Shown: positions 1 to 9,055 of the stretch, piece by piece
How the letters are laid out: each line of letters starts with the position of its first letter
How positions within the stretch are numbered: position 1 is the stretch's first letter
Virus record (IMG/VR): IMGVR_UViG_3300031873_001030
From: a virus
Taxonomy: Duplodnaviria; Heunggongvirae; Uroviricota; Caudoviricetes
Strand: one strand, 5' to 3'
Length of the DNA: 18,824 nt
Notes under the pieces: model-generated
What the model saw: only the letters and a program-made list of their open reading frames with translations
What the model was told of the DNA's origin: nothing
Databases searched by the model: none
Program-made: the position numbers and the translations under genes

Positions 1-1
1 T

Positions 2-3000
2 CAGACTTGGGTTACAGCGATAACAAATCCACTTTATTACAATATGACAAACAACACATTCAACTATATGGCAAATACATCACTTCAGACAATAGAAAAC
101 CAGACTGTGAATCAGTGGTTATATAATCAAACTACTCCAGCTATAGATTGGGTTACAGCTCAAAATTACACTACTAGTAATTTCACATGGAACCAGTCAT
201 TAGCTGATACACTCTATTATTGGATAACAAATCCAGATAACTTCATAAACACGACTTACAACTCTACGTATGATACTTATGCATATAATCAGACAACTCC
301 AGCTATAGATTACATACTTTCAAATCCTTATGGCTGGCTTAATACGAGTTATAACTCAACATATGACACTTATGCATATAACCAGACACAACCAGCAATA
401 GACTGGGTAACAGCACAAGGGTACATTAGTCAAGAATCAGAATATAATTCCAATCCTCTTGGTTACATAAATGATACTTCTTGGAACATAACTGCATGGA
501 ATGGTACATTAGCATTTAATAATACTCTTGCAACTTATGACACATGGGCTTATAACCAGACACAACCTGCAATAGACTGGGTAACAGCACAAGGATATTC
601 AGTTGGAAATTCTTCATGGAACCAATCATTAACTGATACTTTATACTACAGCATTTCAAATCCTTATGGTTTCTTGAATAGTTCTTACAACTCTACTTAT
701 AATACTTGGGCGTACAACCAAACTACACCAGCTATAGATTACATACTGTCAAATCCATATAATTGGATAAATACAACTGCAGTAGATACAGAACCATTAT
801 GGTCTGGTAATTATAGTTTGTATAATGACACATGGAGTTCTACTTACAATTCAACCTATGATACTTATGCTTACAACCAGACAATAGAAGCAATAGATTA
901 CATCCTATCTAACCCATATAACTGGGTGAATACTACTTATAATTCGACATATGACCAATGGGCATATAACCAGACTACTGCAGCTATAGATTACATTCTA
1001 TCAAATCCATATGGATGGCTTAACAGTACTTATAATACTACATATGATACTTGGGCATATAACCAGACCACATCAGCTATAGATTACATACTTAGTAATC
1101 CATACAACTGGGTAAATTCAACTTATAATTCAACATACAATACATGGGCATATAACCAGACAATAGCGGCTATCGATTACATCTTATCTAACCCATACAA
1201 TTGGGTCAATACAACTTACAACTCGACATATGATACTTGGGCATATAACCAGACACTTCCAGCAATAACATATGCTAATTCACAATTCATAAATATGACA
1301 AATACCTCATGGGCATTGACGCAAGCTGCAGCGAATGCTCAATTTATCAACATGTCCAATGCCACAATAAACCAGTGGCTATACAATCAGACCACACCAG
1401 CTATAACTTATGCCGATAGTTTATTGGTTACAACATTTTACAATGCAAGTGAGATTAAAGCAATAAGAGGAATTGCTATAGGAACTATAGGCAATATTAC
1501 AGCTTATGATTGGAAGAGTGTCAATGTGACTGAAGAGGCAGGAGCTACTGGAATAGATTTCAGGATTAATTTTACCAATGTCAATTCCTTGAATCAGATA
1601 GTACTAAGATATCATTCAACATCTGGAGAATCTCATACTTCAGATTTGCAGTTATGGGATTATACTGAAGATGGTTGGGAAAGTTATGCTAATTTTGGAA
1701 ATGTTGTAAATTTCCAAATATATACAATAGGTGTATTCGATAATTCGTCGCATATAGGAACTGATGGAAATGTGACAATGAGATTTGTATCTACTGCAAA
1801 TGGAAATACAGGGCATGTGCACTATTTTGATTGGACAACAATATCTAAAGGTATAGCCATACCTTCAAGTACAGAAGTGGACCCATGGTCAGTATATAGA
1901 GACGGTAGCACACCTCTGACTGATAATTGGAATGCTGGAAACTTTAATATCACAGCTAGTTGGTTCTTTGGAATGATGAATGGCACAAACATAACAGGAC
2001 TTACAAATTCAAGCTTGAAAAGTGATTTCACAATCTTATGGGGAAATGTCACTGATAAAGTCATATACAATGCAACTTATGAATATCAACAAAATGCTAC
2101 TTTGAATCAGTGGTTGTATAATCAAACTTTATCAGCTATCAATTATGCAAATAGTAAGTTTATAAACATGACCAATCAGACTTGGGTGACAGTTATAACA
2201 AATCCTTACTACATTAATATGACCAATCAAACTTGGGTTACAGTAATCACAAATCCTTACTACATAAATATGTCAAATGCTACAGTGAACCAATATCTTG
2301 TCAATCAGACCATACTTGCTTGGACATATGGGAATACATTCTATCAGAATATGACTAATCAAAGTTGGGTTACTGCAATCACAAATCCTTATTACATAAA
2401 CATGAGTAATGCAACAGTAAATCAATATTTATACAATCAGACTTTACCAGCGATAACATATGCTAATTCACAATTTGTGAATATGAGTAATGCTACATTA
2501 AACCAGTATCTTGTAAATCAAACTATACTTGCTTGGACATATGGGAATACATTCAGACAAAATATGACTAATCAGACATGGGTGACAGCTATAACAAATC
2601 CTTATTACATCAACATGACAAACACATCTTGGGCAGTGTTAGCTGGTAACTCTACATTGCAACTCACAACTAATAACACATGGGCAGTATTGGTTAGCAA
2701 TTCAACATTGCAACTTACAACAAATAACACTTGGGCTGTTCTAGCTAGTAATTCCACTTTACAGCTTACTACTAACACTACTTTACAGCAATGGTTATAT
2801 AATCAGACACTTCCAGCTATCACTTATGCAAATAGTCAGTTCATAAACATGACTAATACTTCTTGGGCATTGACACAAGCTGCAGCAAATACACAATTCT
2901 ACAACATGACCAATAACACTTTCAATTATATGATTAATCAGACATTGCAGACAACTTTAAATAATACTTGGGCAGTTTTAGCTGGTAACTCTACATTACA

Positions 3001-3556
3001 ATTAACTACTAATAATACATGGGCTGTATTAGCTGGTAACTCAACACTGCAATTAACTACAAATTCATCATGGGCAGTATTGGCTGGCAACTCTACATTA
3101 CAGTTAACTACAAATAATACTTGGGCAGTACTAGCAGGTAATTCTACATTGCAACTTATTACTAATACAACATTACAACAGTGGTTATACAATCAGACTA
3201 CACCAGCTATCAATTATGCCAATAGCAAGTTTATAAACATGACAAATACTTCTTGGGCAGTATTATCTAGTAACTCTACATTACAACTCACAACCAATAA
3301 TACATGGGCAGTATTAGCTGGCAACTCTACCTTACAACTTACAACAAATAACACTTGGGTGACAAAGATAACAAATCCTTATTACATAAATATGACAAAT
3401 AGTTCTATTGTTACAAATCTTGCTACTGTTACTGGTTGGATAAATAGTTCAACTATGAATGCAAGTACAAAAATTATCTCACCTACTCATTGCTTTACAG
3501 AATTATGTACCAAGAATATCACATTCAATGGAACAAATATTATAATTTATGGCTGA
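2..3556 (+). CDS. Large repeat-rich N/T/Y glycoprotein, probable tail fibre/filament (5'-truncated)
   Basis: The frame is open from base 2 (QTWVTAITNPLYYN precedes the ATG at 44), so the true start is upstream of the window. It has 31-, 27- and 17-aa repeats full of N-x-S/T sequons. A central non-repetitive beta-rich domain (~1430-2060) carries a fibre-like DGSTPLTDNWNAG motif. Cys-containing C-terminus (HCFTELC). Confidence 0.75.
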   Translation, partial: QTWVTAITNPLYYNMTNNTFNYMANTSLQTIENQTVNQWLYNQTTPAIDWVTAQNYTTSNFTWNQSLADTLYYWITNPDNFINTTYNSTYDTYAYNQTTPAIDYILSNPYGWLNTSYNSTYDTYAYNQTQPAIDWVTAQGYISQESEYNSNPLGYINDTSWNITAWNGTLAFNNTLATYDTWAYNQTQPAIDWVTAQGYSVGNSSWNQSLTDTLYYSISNPYGFLNSSYNSTYNTWAYNQTTPAIDYILSNPYNWINTTAVDTEPLWSGNYSLYNDTWSSTYNSTYDTYAYNQTIEAIDYILSNPYNWVNTTYNSTYDQWAYNQTTAAIDYILSNPYGWLNSTYNTTYDTWAYNQTTSAIDYILSNPYNWVNSTYNSTYNTWAYNQTIAAIDYILSNPYNWVNTTYNSTYDTWAYNQTLPAITYANSQFINMTNTSWALTQAAANAQFINMSNATINQWLYNQTTPAITYADSLLVTTFYNASEIKAIRGIAIGTIGNITAYDWKSVNVTEEAGATGIDFRINFTNVNSLNQIVLRYHSTSGESHTSDLQLWDYTEDGWESYANFGNVVNFQIYTIGVFDNSSHIGTDGNVTMRFVSTANGNTGHVHYFDWTTISKGIAIPSSTEVDPWSVYRDGSTPLTDNWNAGNFNITASWFFGMMNGTNITGLTNSSLKSDFTILWGNVTDKVIYNATYEYQQNATLNQWLYNQTLSAINYANSKFINMTNQTWVTVITNPYYINMTNQTWVTVITNPYYINMSNATVNQYLVNQTILAWTYGNTFYQNMTNQSWVTAITNPYYINMSNATVNQYLYNQTLPAITYANSQFVNMSNATLNQYLVNQTILAWTYGNTFRQNMTNQTWVTAITNPYYINMTNTSWAVLAGNSTLQLTTNNTWAVLVSNSTLQLTTNNTWAVLASNSTLQLTTNTTLQQWLYNQTLPAITYANSQFINMTNTSWALTQAAANTQFYNMTNNTFNYMINQTLQTTLNNTWAVLAGNSTLQLTTNNTWAVLAGNSTLQLTTNSSWAVLAGNSTLQLTTNNTWAVLAGNSTLQLITNTTLQQWLYNQTTPAINYANSKFINMTNTSWAVLSSNSTLQLTTNNTWAVLAGNSTLQLTTNNTWVTKITNPYYINMTNSSIVTNLATVTGWINSSTMNASTKIISPTHCFTELCTKNITFNGTNIIIYG
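838..1260 (+). repeat. Coding tandem repeat, 93 bp / 31 aa, about 5 copies (N-T-T-Y-N-S-T-Y-D-T-W-A-Y-N-Q-T-x-x-A-I-D-Y-I-L-S-N-P-Y-N-W-V)
   Basis: The AACCAG (NQ) anchor falls at 875, 968, 1061, 1154 and 1247, an exact 93-nt period. Further dispersed copies lie at ~245-400 and ~675-780. Confidence 0.95.
2165..3400 (+). repeat. Coding mosaic of 51-bp/17-aa repeats (NMTNQTWVTxITNPYYI; NNTWAVLAGNSTLQLTT) and 27-aa units (NMSNATVNQYLYNQTLPAITYANSQFV)
   Basis: A 51-nt period is seen at 2165/2216 and at 2960/3011/3062/3113/3164. Units are interleaved in varying order. Confidence 0.92.
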
Positions 3557-3566
3557 GGGATAATCC

Positions 3567-6500
3567 ATGATGATTAGGAAAGCGACAGTGAAATATTCTC
3601 TGATAGTCTCTGTATCTATCTTATTTCTAGGAGTGATGTTCTACTTTGTACAACCTGCATTTTCAGGAGATGAAGGACCTTTTACAATAAGTGAAAGAAC
3701 TGAGTATGGAATAATAGAAAATACAGTTTATCTTACTTTTACTGATACTAGCGATAAGGCTCAATACATAGACAATATAACATTCACATTCATGGATAGT
3801 GATAGGACAAGAACAGTAACGATAAAGGATTTTCTACTAAATCAAAGTGTTGTTATAGATGATTATGGATATGTCAATAAATCAATAGGTAAATACGAGA
3901 CAAGCAAAAATATTACAATAGGTGAAGGAGAAAATAGCACATGGTACATGAAATATTATGATAATGATGAAAATGAAATGTCATGTGTTTATGTATTGCT
4001 TGATAAGTCATGCATGGTAGGAATTTATAAAGTCATTGAAAATCATATTGAATATCAATTTTTAGATACTCCAAATACAAAAGAAAAAATAGTAACAAAT
4101 GGTCTGAAGATAGAACAGAAAGTCAGTGGAAGTGTGCCATTGACAAAATTAGGAAATGCAGAGATAAAAATTACAATGCCGCATATATTGTTTTTCAATC
4201 TTGATATTCCTTATAATGAAAATAAATACAACATAACAGCTTGTTCACAATATGGTTGTTCAGAATTAGACCCTACTTGGTGGAATTCAAGTTTCAAATA
4301 TAATGCAAGTATTTCATCAAATCAGATAGCTAATAGAAATGAATCAATAACATTTTTTATGAGCAATATATCTGGTTGGGCTAGGACACAAGTATTAAGT
4401 AATTGTAATGACATAAGGATAGTGAATGCTTCAAATAATGAACAATTGGATTACTTTGTAGATATTTGTAATTCAACAAATATTCGTGTAGGATTTTTGA
4501 ACAAGTATAATGTTTCTGGGGTTATAGCAAATGTTTATTGGAATTCTTCTACAGCAGAAGCACAGAATAAATCAATGAGAATGTTCTATGATGATTTCAA
4601 TGACAATTCAATAGATTTAAACAATTGGGCTTGGACAGTAGGTTGTGTCAATACAAATAGAGTAATTGAAGAGAATGGTGTTTTGAATGCTACATATGGT
4701 CTTGTTGCTCAGTGTGCGTTAATATGGAAAGGTAATACAACTGCATTGCAATATGAATCAGTTATGAATAAATTATGGTATAACTACGACTACGATTATA
4801 ATTATGCTGGTGGTGCTGGAATGTTCATAAATGCATCTTTATATAATGGTCATTACCTTGCACGAGCATATCAAGATGCAACAAAAATAGAAATTGAACA
4901 TGATAACCAAGATAGAGGTGATTTTAAAATTGCGGCAAATATGCAACCCAACACTTGGTTTTGGATGTATATGAAAACAAATGCTACTGCCTATATAGGC
5001 AGCAAGTGGAATGTAACTAATGAAAACTCAACCCAAAATAAAACTGTATGGGCAACTGATAATATCCCAGGTAAAGAATATCGTGGGTTAGCGATACCAA
5101 GTGACGCTACTGTCGGTAGATATGTCCTTTTTGATGACTTTCAAGTATGGGCTCAAACTTACACTCCAAGTTGGTATAGTACAGCATCAACAATAACATT
5201 AGGTGCTGCAACAATGGGAGAAGTAGCACCAACGTATACAGATTTTGGTGCAACAATTACAAATAATACAGGAATAAGTATAGGTCAATCTATAACTTAT
5301 TATGCAAAATGGAATGATGATACAACTTTAGACAAGTGCATGAATTCTTCAAAAATAAATACTACTACAGGAATTGGAAATTGGTGGAATTCTAGCTTTA
5401 TTGCTAGAGCTAATATATCTTCAAATCAGGTAGCTAATAGAAATGAATCTATAACATTTTACATGAGTAATATATCTGGTTGGAGTAGAAATCAAGTATT
5501 ATCAAATTGTAATGATATAAGAGTTTTGAATAGCAGTGGTAATGAACAATTGGATTACTTTATAGACATATGTAACTCAACAGATATTAGAATTGGATTT
5601 CTAAATAAATATAATGTTTCAGGAACAATAGCTACGATATACTGGAATTATTCTACAGCAGAAGCTCAGAATAAAAGTATGAGATTATTCTATGATGATT
5701 TTAATGATAATTCAGTAAATTGGAATAATTGGAATTTTACTCAAGGATGTACTACTCCTGGTACAACAATAACAGAACAAAATGGAGTATTAAATCATAC
5801 TACTAGCACAGGTGGTCAATGTTCTCTTGTATGGTATAGTAATGCAAGTATACTTCAATATGAAACGGTAATGGCTAAAGTTAAATATAGTTCTACTTCA
5901 AATTATCTTTATCTTGGTATAGGAGCATTTCAAAATACTACAACATATAATGGTATTCATTTAGCTCAAGCGTATACTCATGTTGAATCAATAGAAATAG
6001 AGCATGATAATGCAGATAGAGGAGATGGATATGTTAATGCAAGTCTTACAAATAATGTTTGGTTTTGGTTTATGCAATCAAATGATGCTTCAAAAACTAG
6101 AGGTTATACATGGAAAGCTGATACTGAAAATTCTATTCAAAATATAAAGTGTCTTAGTTCTGATGTTGGATATAAATATCGTTTTGGTATAGAGTGGACT
6201 GGTAATCCTGCAAATTCTTATGTTATTTATGATGATTTTCAAGTATGGGCAGCAGGTTATGACCCAACATTTTATGCAACAAGTTCAACACTCACAATTA
6301 CAACAAAAGAAGATTATGGTGGTACGTCATCATCATGGGTCAATGGGACTTGGGCATCAGCAGGAACAGGTAACTGGACTAACTACACAGTAAAATTTCC
6401 AGCAGAAGTAGGAAGCAACTATACAGTAAAAATATACTGCAATGACACTAGTGGAAATATGAATGTAACAGGAACTTTATTCTGGTGGAATGCAATTTCA

Positions 6501-7949
6501 CCAATAGTAACAATATTTTCACCTACAAATTCTACTTATGTGAAAGGAGATATCTGGTCAAATATAACATTGGACAAAGCAGGTTCTTGGTGTGGTGCAA
6601 GTTTTGATGGTGGTTCTAATGTTACTATGACAAATTCAACTGGAAATTGGAACTATAAAAATACAACTGTAGATATAGGAACTCATAATGTAAGATTCTG
6701 GTGTAATGATACAAACAACAATTGGAATGCATCTGCTAACAATATAGTCTATTATACAATTGACAATGCAGTTCCAACATATACAAACTTTGGAAGCAGT
6801 ATTGTAAATAACACAGCAGTAAATACACTTATTTCAGACAATTATTATAATCTCTCGATAAATGATACATTTTCTGGAAATTCAATCGATACTACTCAAT
6901 GGAAAGTATATAACACGACGCTTTTCACTTCTGAAACCGGCAGGTTGTATCAATATGGAACCGTGACTTTAATAGCAGATTCAACTTATCTCACTTCAAT
7001 AACAGGAAACTATTCAGATTTTACAATGAGTGTGACATATAACCAGATTTCAGGTTCTGGTACTGTTTTTTGGTATGACACTCGATCAGGATTTTTATTC
7101 AGGGCTAACAATTATAGTTATACAGGACAACATATTTTTGCAGGAAGTGGTTATGAAGTATCAGTTGCAAGAAGAGATGTCAACCACGCTGGCGCATCTA
7201 TAATAAGCATACTAAGATATAACAACAATGGACTATATACAGAATTGAATTATTCTGCAATAACAATAACTCAAGCAACAAATTATACTCTCAATGTCAC
7301 AGTTCTTGGAAACAACATAACAGTTTATTGGAATGGTAATTTCATAGCAAATGCTACTGACAATACTTATAATGCTGGTAACATATCAATTATGGAAGTT
7401 CTAGGTGATGGGGGAGGAGTGGGAACAATAAACAATTCGTGGAGCAATTTTTTATTATATAGTCAATCTGGTCAAGTAAACACGCTAACTTATTATGCAC
7501 AATGGTCTGACAATATTCAATTAGACAAATGTATGAATTCAAGTAAAATAAATACTTCTGGAACTTGGACTAATGGAACTTGGGCATCAGTTAGTACAGG
7601 TAACTGGACTAATTATACGATAGCATTTCCAGTAGAACAAGGTAGTAACTTGACAGTAAAAATCTATTGCAATGATACATCTGGCAATATGAATGTAACA
7701 GGAACTTTATTCTGGTGGAATGTTACAAATATAGTGACAGATTCATGCACATATCCAGGTAGTGGGACTTGGTCAATAAATTGTGCTGACAATTGTGTGA
7801 TAACTGCGAATACAAACATGAATGGAAATGCAATCACATTTTATGGAACTGGAAACGCATATTTGAATGCAAACATAGTGAACATATCTCAAAGGACATT
7901 TGTTCCTAATTGTCCAGTGGTGATAGGAACTGGAAAGTTGTTTGGATAA
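3567..7949 (+). CDS. 1460-aa secreted/anchored multidomain adhesin-like glycoprotein (two DUF2341-like + lectin-like modules, Ig-like domains, C-terminal Cys motif); probable receptor-binding protein
   Basis: N-terminal hydrophobic segment. A duplicated WWNSS...NCNDIR...LDYF.DIC...FYDDFND module resembles DUF2341 followed by a ConA-like fold. An Ig-like P-x-V-T-I-F-S-P-T-N-S-T-Y...WCNDT unit follows. C-terminal DSCTY...WSINCADNC. Preceded by GAGGGA. Confidence 0.75.
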   Translation: MMIRKATVKYSLIVSVSILFLGVMFYFVQPAFSGDEGPFTISERTEYGIIENTVYLTFTDTSDKAQYIDNITFTFMDSDRTRTVTIKDFLLNQSVVIDDYGYVNKSIGKYETSKNITIGEGENSTWYMKYYDNDENEMSCVYVLLDKSCMVGIYKVIENHIEYQFLDTPNTKEKIVTNGLKIEQKVSGSVPLTKLGNAEIKITMPHILFFNLDIPYNENKYNITACSQYGCSELDPTWWNSSFKYNASISSNQIANRNESITFFMSNISGWARTQVLSNCNDIRIVNASNNEQLDYFVDICNSTNIRVGFLNKYNVSGVIANVYWNSSTAEAQNKSMRMFYDDFNDNSIDLNNWAWTVGCVNTNRVIEENGVLNATYGLVAQCALIWKGNTTALQYESVMNKLWYNYDYDYNYAGGAGMFINASLYNGHYLARAYQDATKIEIEHDNQDRGDFKIAANMQPNTWFWMYMKTNATAYIGSKWNVTNENSTQNKTVWATDNIPGKEYRGLAIPSDATVGRYVLFDDFQVWAQTYTPSWYSTASTITLGAATMGEVAPTYTDFGATITNNTGISIGQSITYYAKWNDDTTLDKCMNSSKINTTTGIGNWWNSSFIARANISSNQVANRNESITFYMSNISGWSRNQVLSNCNDIRVLNSSGNEQLDYFIDICNSTDIRIGFLNKYNVSGTIATIYWNYSTAEAQNKSMRLFYDDFNDNSVNWNNWNFTQGCTTPGTTITEQNGVLNHTTSTGGQCSLVWYSNASILQYETVMAKVKYSSTSNYLYLGIGAFQNTTTYNGIHLAQAYTHVESIEIEHDNADRGDGYVNASLTNNVWFWFMQSNDASKTRGYTWKADTENSIQNIKCLSSDVGYKYRFGIEWTGNPANSYVIYDDFQVWAAGYDPTFYATSSTLTITTKEDYGGTSSSWVNGTWASAGTGNWTNYTVKFPAEVGSNYTVKIYCNDTSGNMNVTGTLFWWNAISPIVTIFSPTNSTYVKGDIWSNITLDKAGSWCGASFDGGSNVTMTNSTGNWNYKNTTVDIGTHNVRFWCNDTNNNWNASANNIVYYTIDNAVPTYTNFGSSIVNNTAVNTLISDNYYNLSINDTFSGNSIDTTQWKVYNTTLFTSETGRLYQYGTVTLIADSTYLTSITGNYSDFTMSVTYNQISGSGTVFWYDTRSGFLFRANNYSYTGQHIFAGSGYEVSVARRDVNHAGASIISILRYNNNGLYTELNYSAITITQATNYTLNVTVLGNNITVYWNGNFIANATDNTYNAGNISIMEVLGDGGGVGTINNSWSNFLLYSQSGQVNTLTYYAQWSDNIQLDKCMNSSKINTSGTWTNGTWASVSTGNWTNYTIAFPVEQGSNLTVKIYCNDTSGNMNVTGTLFWWNVTNIVTDSCTYPGSGTWSINCADNCVITANTNMNGNAITFYGTGNAYLNANIVNISQRTFVPNCPVVIGTGKLFG
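4278..6300 (+). repeat. Internal duplication of a ~310-aa DUF2341-like/lectin module (copy 1 ~4278-5200, copy 2 ~5382-6300)
   Basis: The WWNSS starts at 4278 and 5382 (offset 1104 nt). N-terminal halves are near-identical (SSNQ.ANRNESITF.MSNISGW), while the lectin-like halves are more divergent. Confidence 0.9.
6456..7722 (+). repeat. 37-bp exact direct repeat (6456-6492 and 7686-7722) within duplicated Ig-like segments
   Basis: aatatgaatgtaacaggaactttattctggtggaatg is identical at both sites, offset 1230 nt. Confidence 0.92.
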
Positions 7950-8017
7950 TGTTCTATGGAGTCTGATGTATATGTTGAGACGGTAGCTTTCTTACCTATA
8001 CTTCCTAAACTATTCAT

Positions 8018-8251
8018 ATGGCAAAAAAGAAAAGAAAGGGTTTTGCTGATAATCTAGTTGGATTTTTCATCGGAATTATGGTAGTAGTCATAATTGCCGT
8101 ATCAGTTGTAATTCCAACAATCCAGACTCAAGTTACTGCATACGCTGCAAGTGCTAATTCGTCAGTTACAGTGGTAACACTATTGAACTTGATACCATTG
8201 TTCATAGTATTGGCAATCTTGGTTCTGGTAGTCGGTTTGATGAGATTCTAA
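8018..8251 (+). CDS. Spindle-shaped-virus major capsid protein (SSV1 VP1/VP3-like hydrophobic helical hairpin)
   Basis: 77 aa with a basic N-terminus and two hydrophobic helices. VVIPTIQTQV and TLLNLIPLFIVLAIL match my recollection of mature SSV1 VP1 (LLPVIVSQV...TLLNLVPLFYILVLI). Confidence 0.82.
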   Translation: MAKKKRKGFADNLVGFFIGIMVVVIIAVSVVIPTIQTQVTAYAASANSSVTVVTLLNLIPLFIVLAILVLVVGLMRF

Positions 8252-8311
8252 ATAACGGAATCTTAAGAACCTGATTATTAGGAAAGCTCTCTAAAAGAGA
8301 AAAATATTTTG

Positions 8312-8344
8312 AAAAACTTTCAGAGATATCTACAAAGTTTTTTT
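8312..8344 (+). terminator. Dyad AAAAACTTT-N13-AAAGTTTTT ending in a T7 run, downstream of the capsid gene: candidate terminator or protein-binding site
   Basis: 9-bp perfect arms at 8312-8320 and 8334-8342, with a T-run at 8338-8344. Oligo-T tracts act as archaeal terminators. Confidence 0.45.
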
Positions 8345-8376
8345 ATGTAGATATATTATTACACTTAGGAATAAAA

Positions 8377-8534
8377 ATGCAGGTGATAATATCAACAATA
8401 TAACAATAGATGAAGCATTGAAAGAAGGTCAAGAGGCTTACAATAGGGTGAGGAATAACAATCCGCTTGCCACAAAGAAAGTGTCGGAGAATTTTCTTCA
8501 AGAGAAAGTTCATAAAGAGTGGGTTGGAAAATAA
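8377..8534 (+). pseudogene. Start-less or frameshifted ~52-aa ORF (M)AGDNINNITIDEALKEGQEAYNRVRNNNPLATKKVSENFLQEKVHKEWVGK
   Basis: The reading frame is open from 8313 to 8534 with no in-frame ATG. The ATG at 8377 is out of frame; one extra G (ATG GCA GGT) would restore it. The stop sits just before the next gene's SD. Confidence 0.45.
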
Positions 8535-8546
8535 AAGGAGGATTTG

Positions 8547-8651
8547 ATGGCAGAAAAAGTATACAAAATGAAGACTAAAATTGGCGTAAGATATTATGTA
8601 AAAGAGAAAAGTGGAAGGTATAGGTTCGTCAAGAATCCTAATAAAAAATAG
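8547..8651 (+). CDS. 34-aa basic microprotein (MAEKVYKMKTKIGVRYYVKEKSGRYRFVKNPNKK), probable nucleic-acid binding
   Basis: Not in the ORF track. GGAGG SD at 8537-8541. Rich in K/R and Y. Confidence 0.7.
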   Translation: MAEKVYKMKTKIGVRYYVKEKSGRYRFVKNPNKK

Positions 8652-8698
8652 GAGCAATGAATATGGCAAAAAAGAAAAAGAAATAGGAATGGATATAT

Positions 8699-8857
8699 AT
8701 GGCAGATAAATGCAAGACTTGTGTTAAACTTTCCTGTAAAGGATGCAAAGTTAGTGGGTTGATGGACAGTCTTCCAGAAACTGCGACTATTTACGGACTT
8801 AACCAATTTCCAAAAGTCAAAGACCTTGAAGGTAAATTGTCTAGAAGCAAAAAATAA
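8699..8857 (+). CDS. 52-aa Cys4 zinc-finger microprotein (CKTC-x4-CKGC)
   Basis: Manual translation: MADKCKTCVKLSCKGCKVSGLMDSLPETATIYGLNQFPKVKDLEGKLSRSKK. The stop directly abuts the next ORF. Confidence 0.7.
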   Translation: MADKCKTCVKLSCKGCKVSGLMDSLPETATIYGLNQFPKVKDLEGKLSRSKK

Positions 8858-9049
8858 TTGATAGTGTTTAAAATGCCAAATTTGAATGGAAAAGAGAAAT
8901 GGTCACTGTTCGGAGGAGATAAATCAGAGAGTGAAACATATCTTGAAGGACTATCTTCGCATCTTAATGATATGGTTTATGGAGAAAAACCCAAGCCTAT
9001 AGAGCCTGCAGAAATTGCTAAGCAGGAATTGAAAAAAAAACGGAGGTAA
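8858..9049 (+). CDS. Small hypothetical protein with a basic C-terminus (start may be ATG 8873)
   Basis: ORF track. It fills the gap between flanking genes, and its 3' end carries the SD of the next gene. Confidence 0.6.
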   Translation: MIVFKMPNLNGKEKWSLFGGDKSESETYLEGLSSHLNDMVYGEKPKPIEPAEIAKQELKKKRR

Positions 9050-9055
9050 GTTAAA

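Noticed and set aside
838-1260. Regularly spaced repeats as a CRISPR array
   Set aside because: The units are in-frame, translate to a conserved peptide with silent-site variation, and have no unique spacers.
6336-7722. Duplicated adhesin segments as a DGR template/variable repeat pair
   Set aside because: Differences involve all bases, many of them C/T silent changes rather than adenine-specific ones. Both copies are coding, and no reverse transcriptase is in the window.
8018-8251. Interpretation as an archaeal type IV pilin
   Set aside because: Despite the KG|F leader, it has a second hydrophobic helix with TLLNLIPLF and no globular pilin head, which fits a spindle-virus capsid hairpin better.
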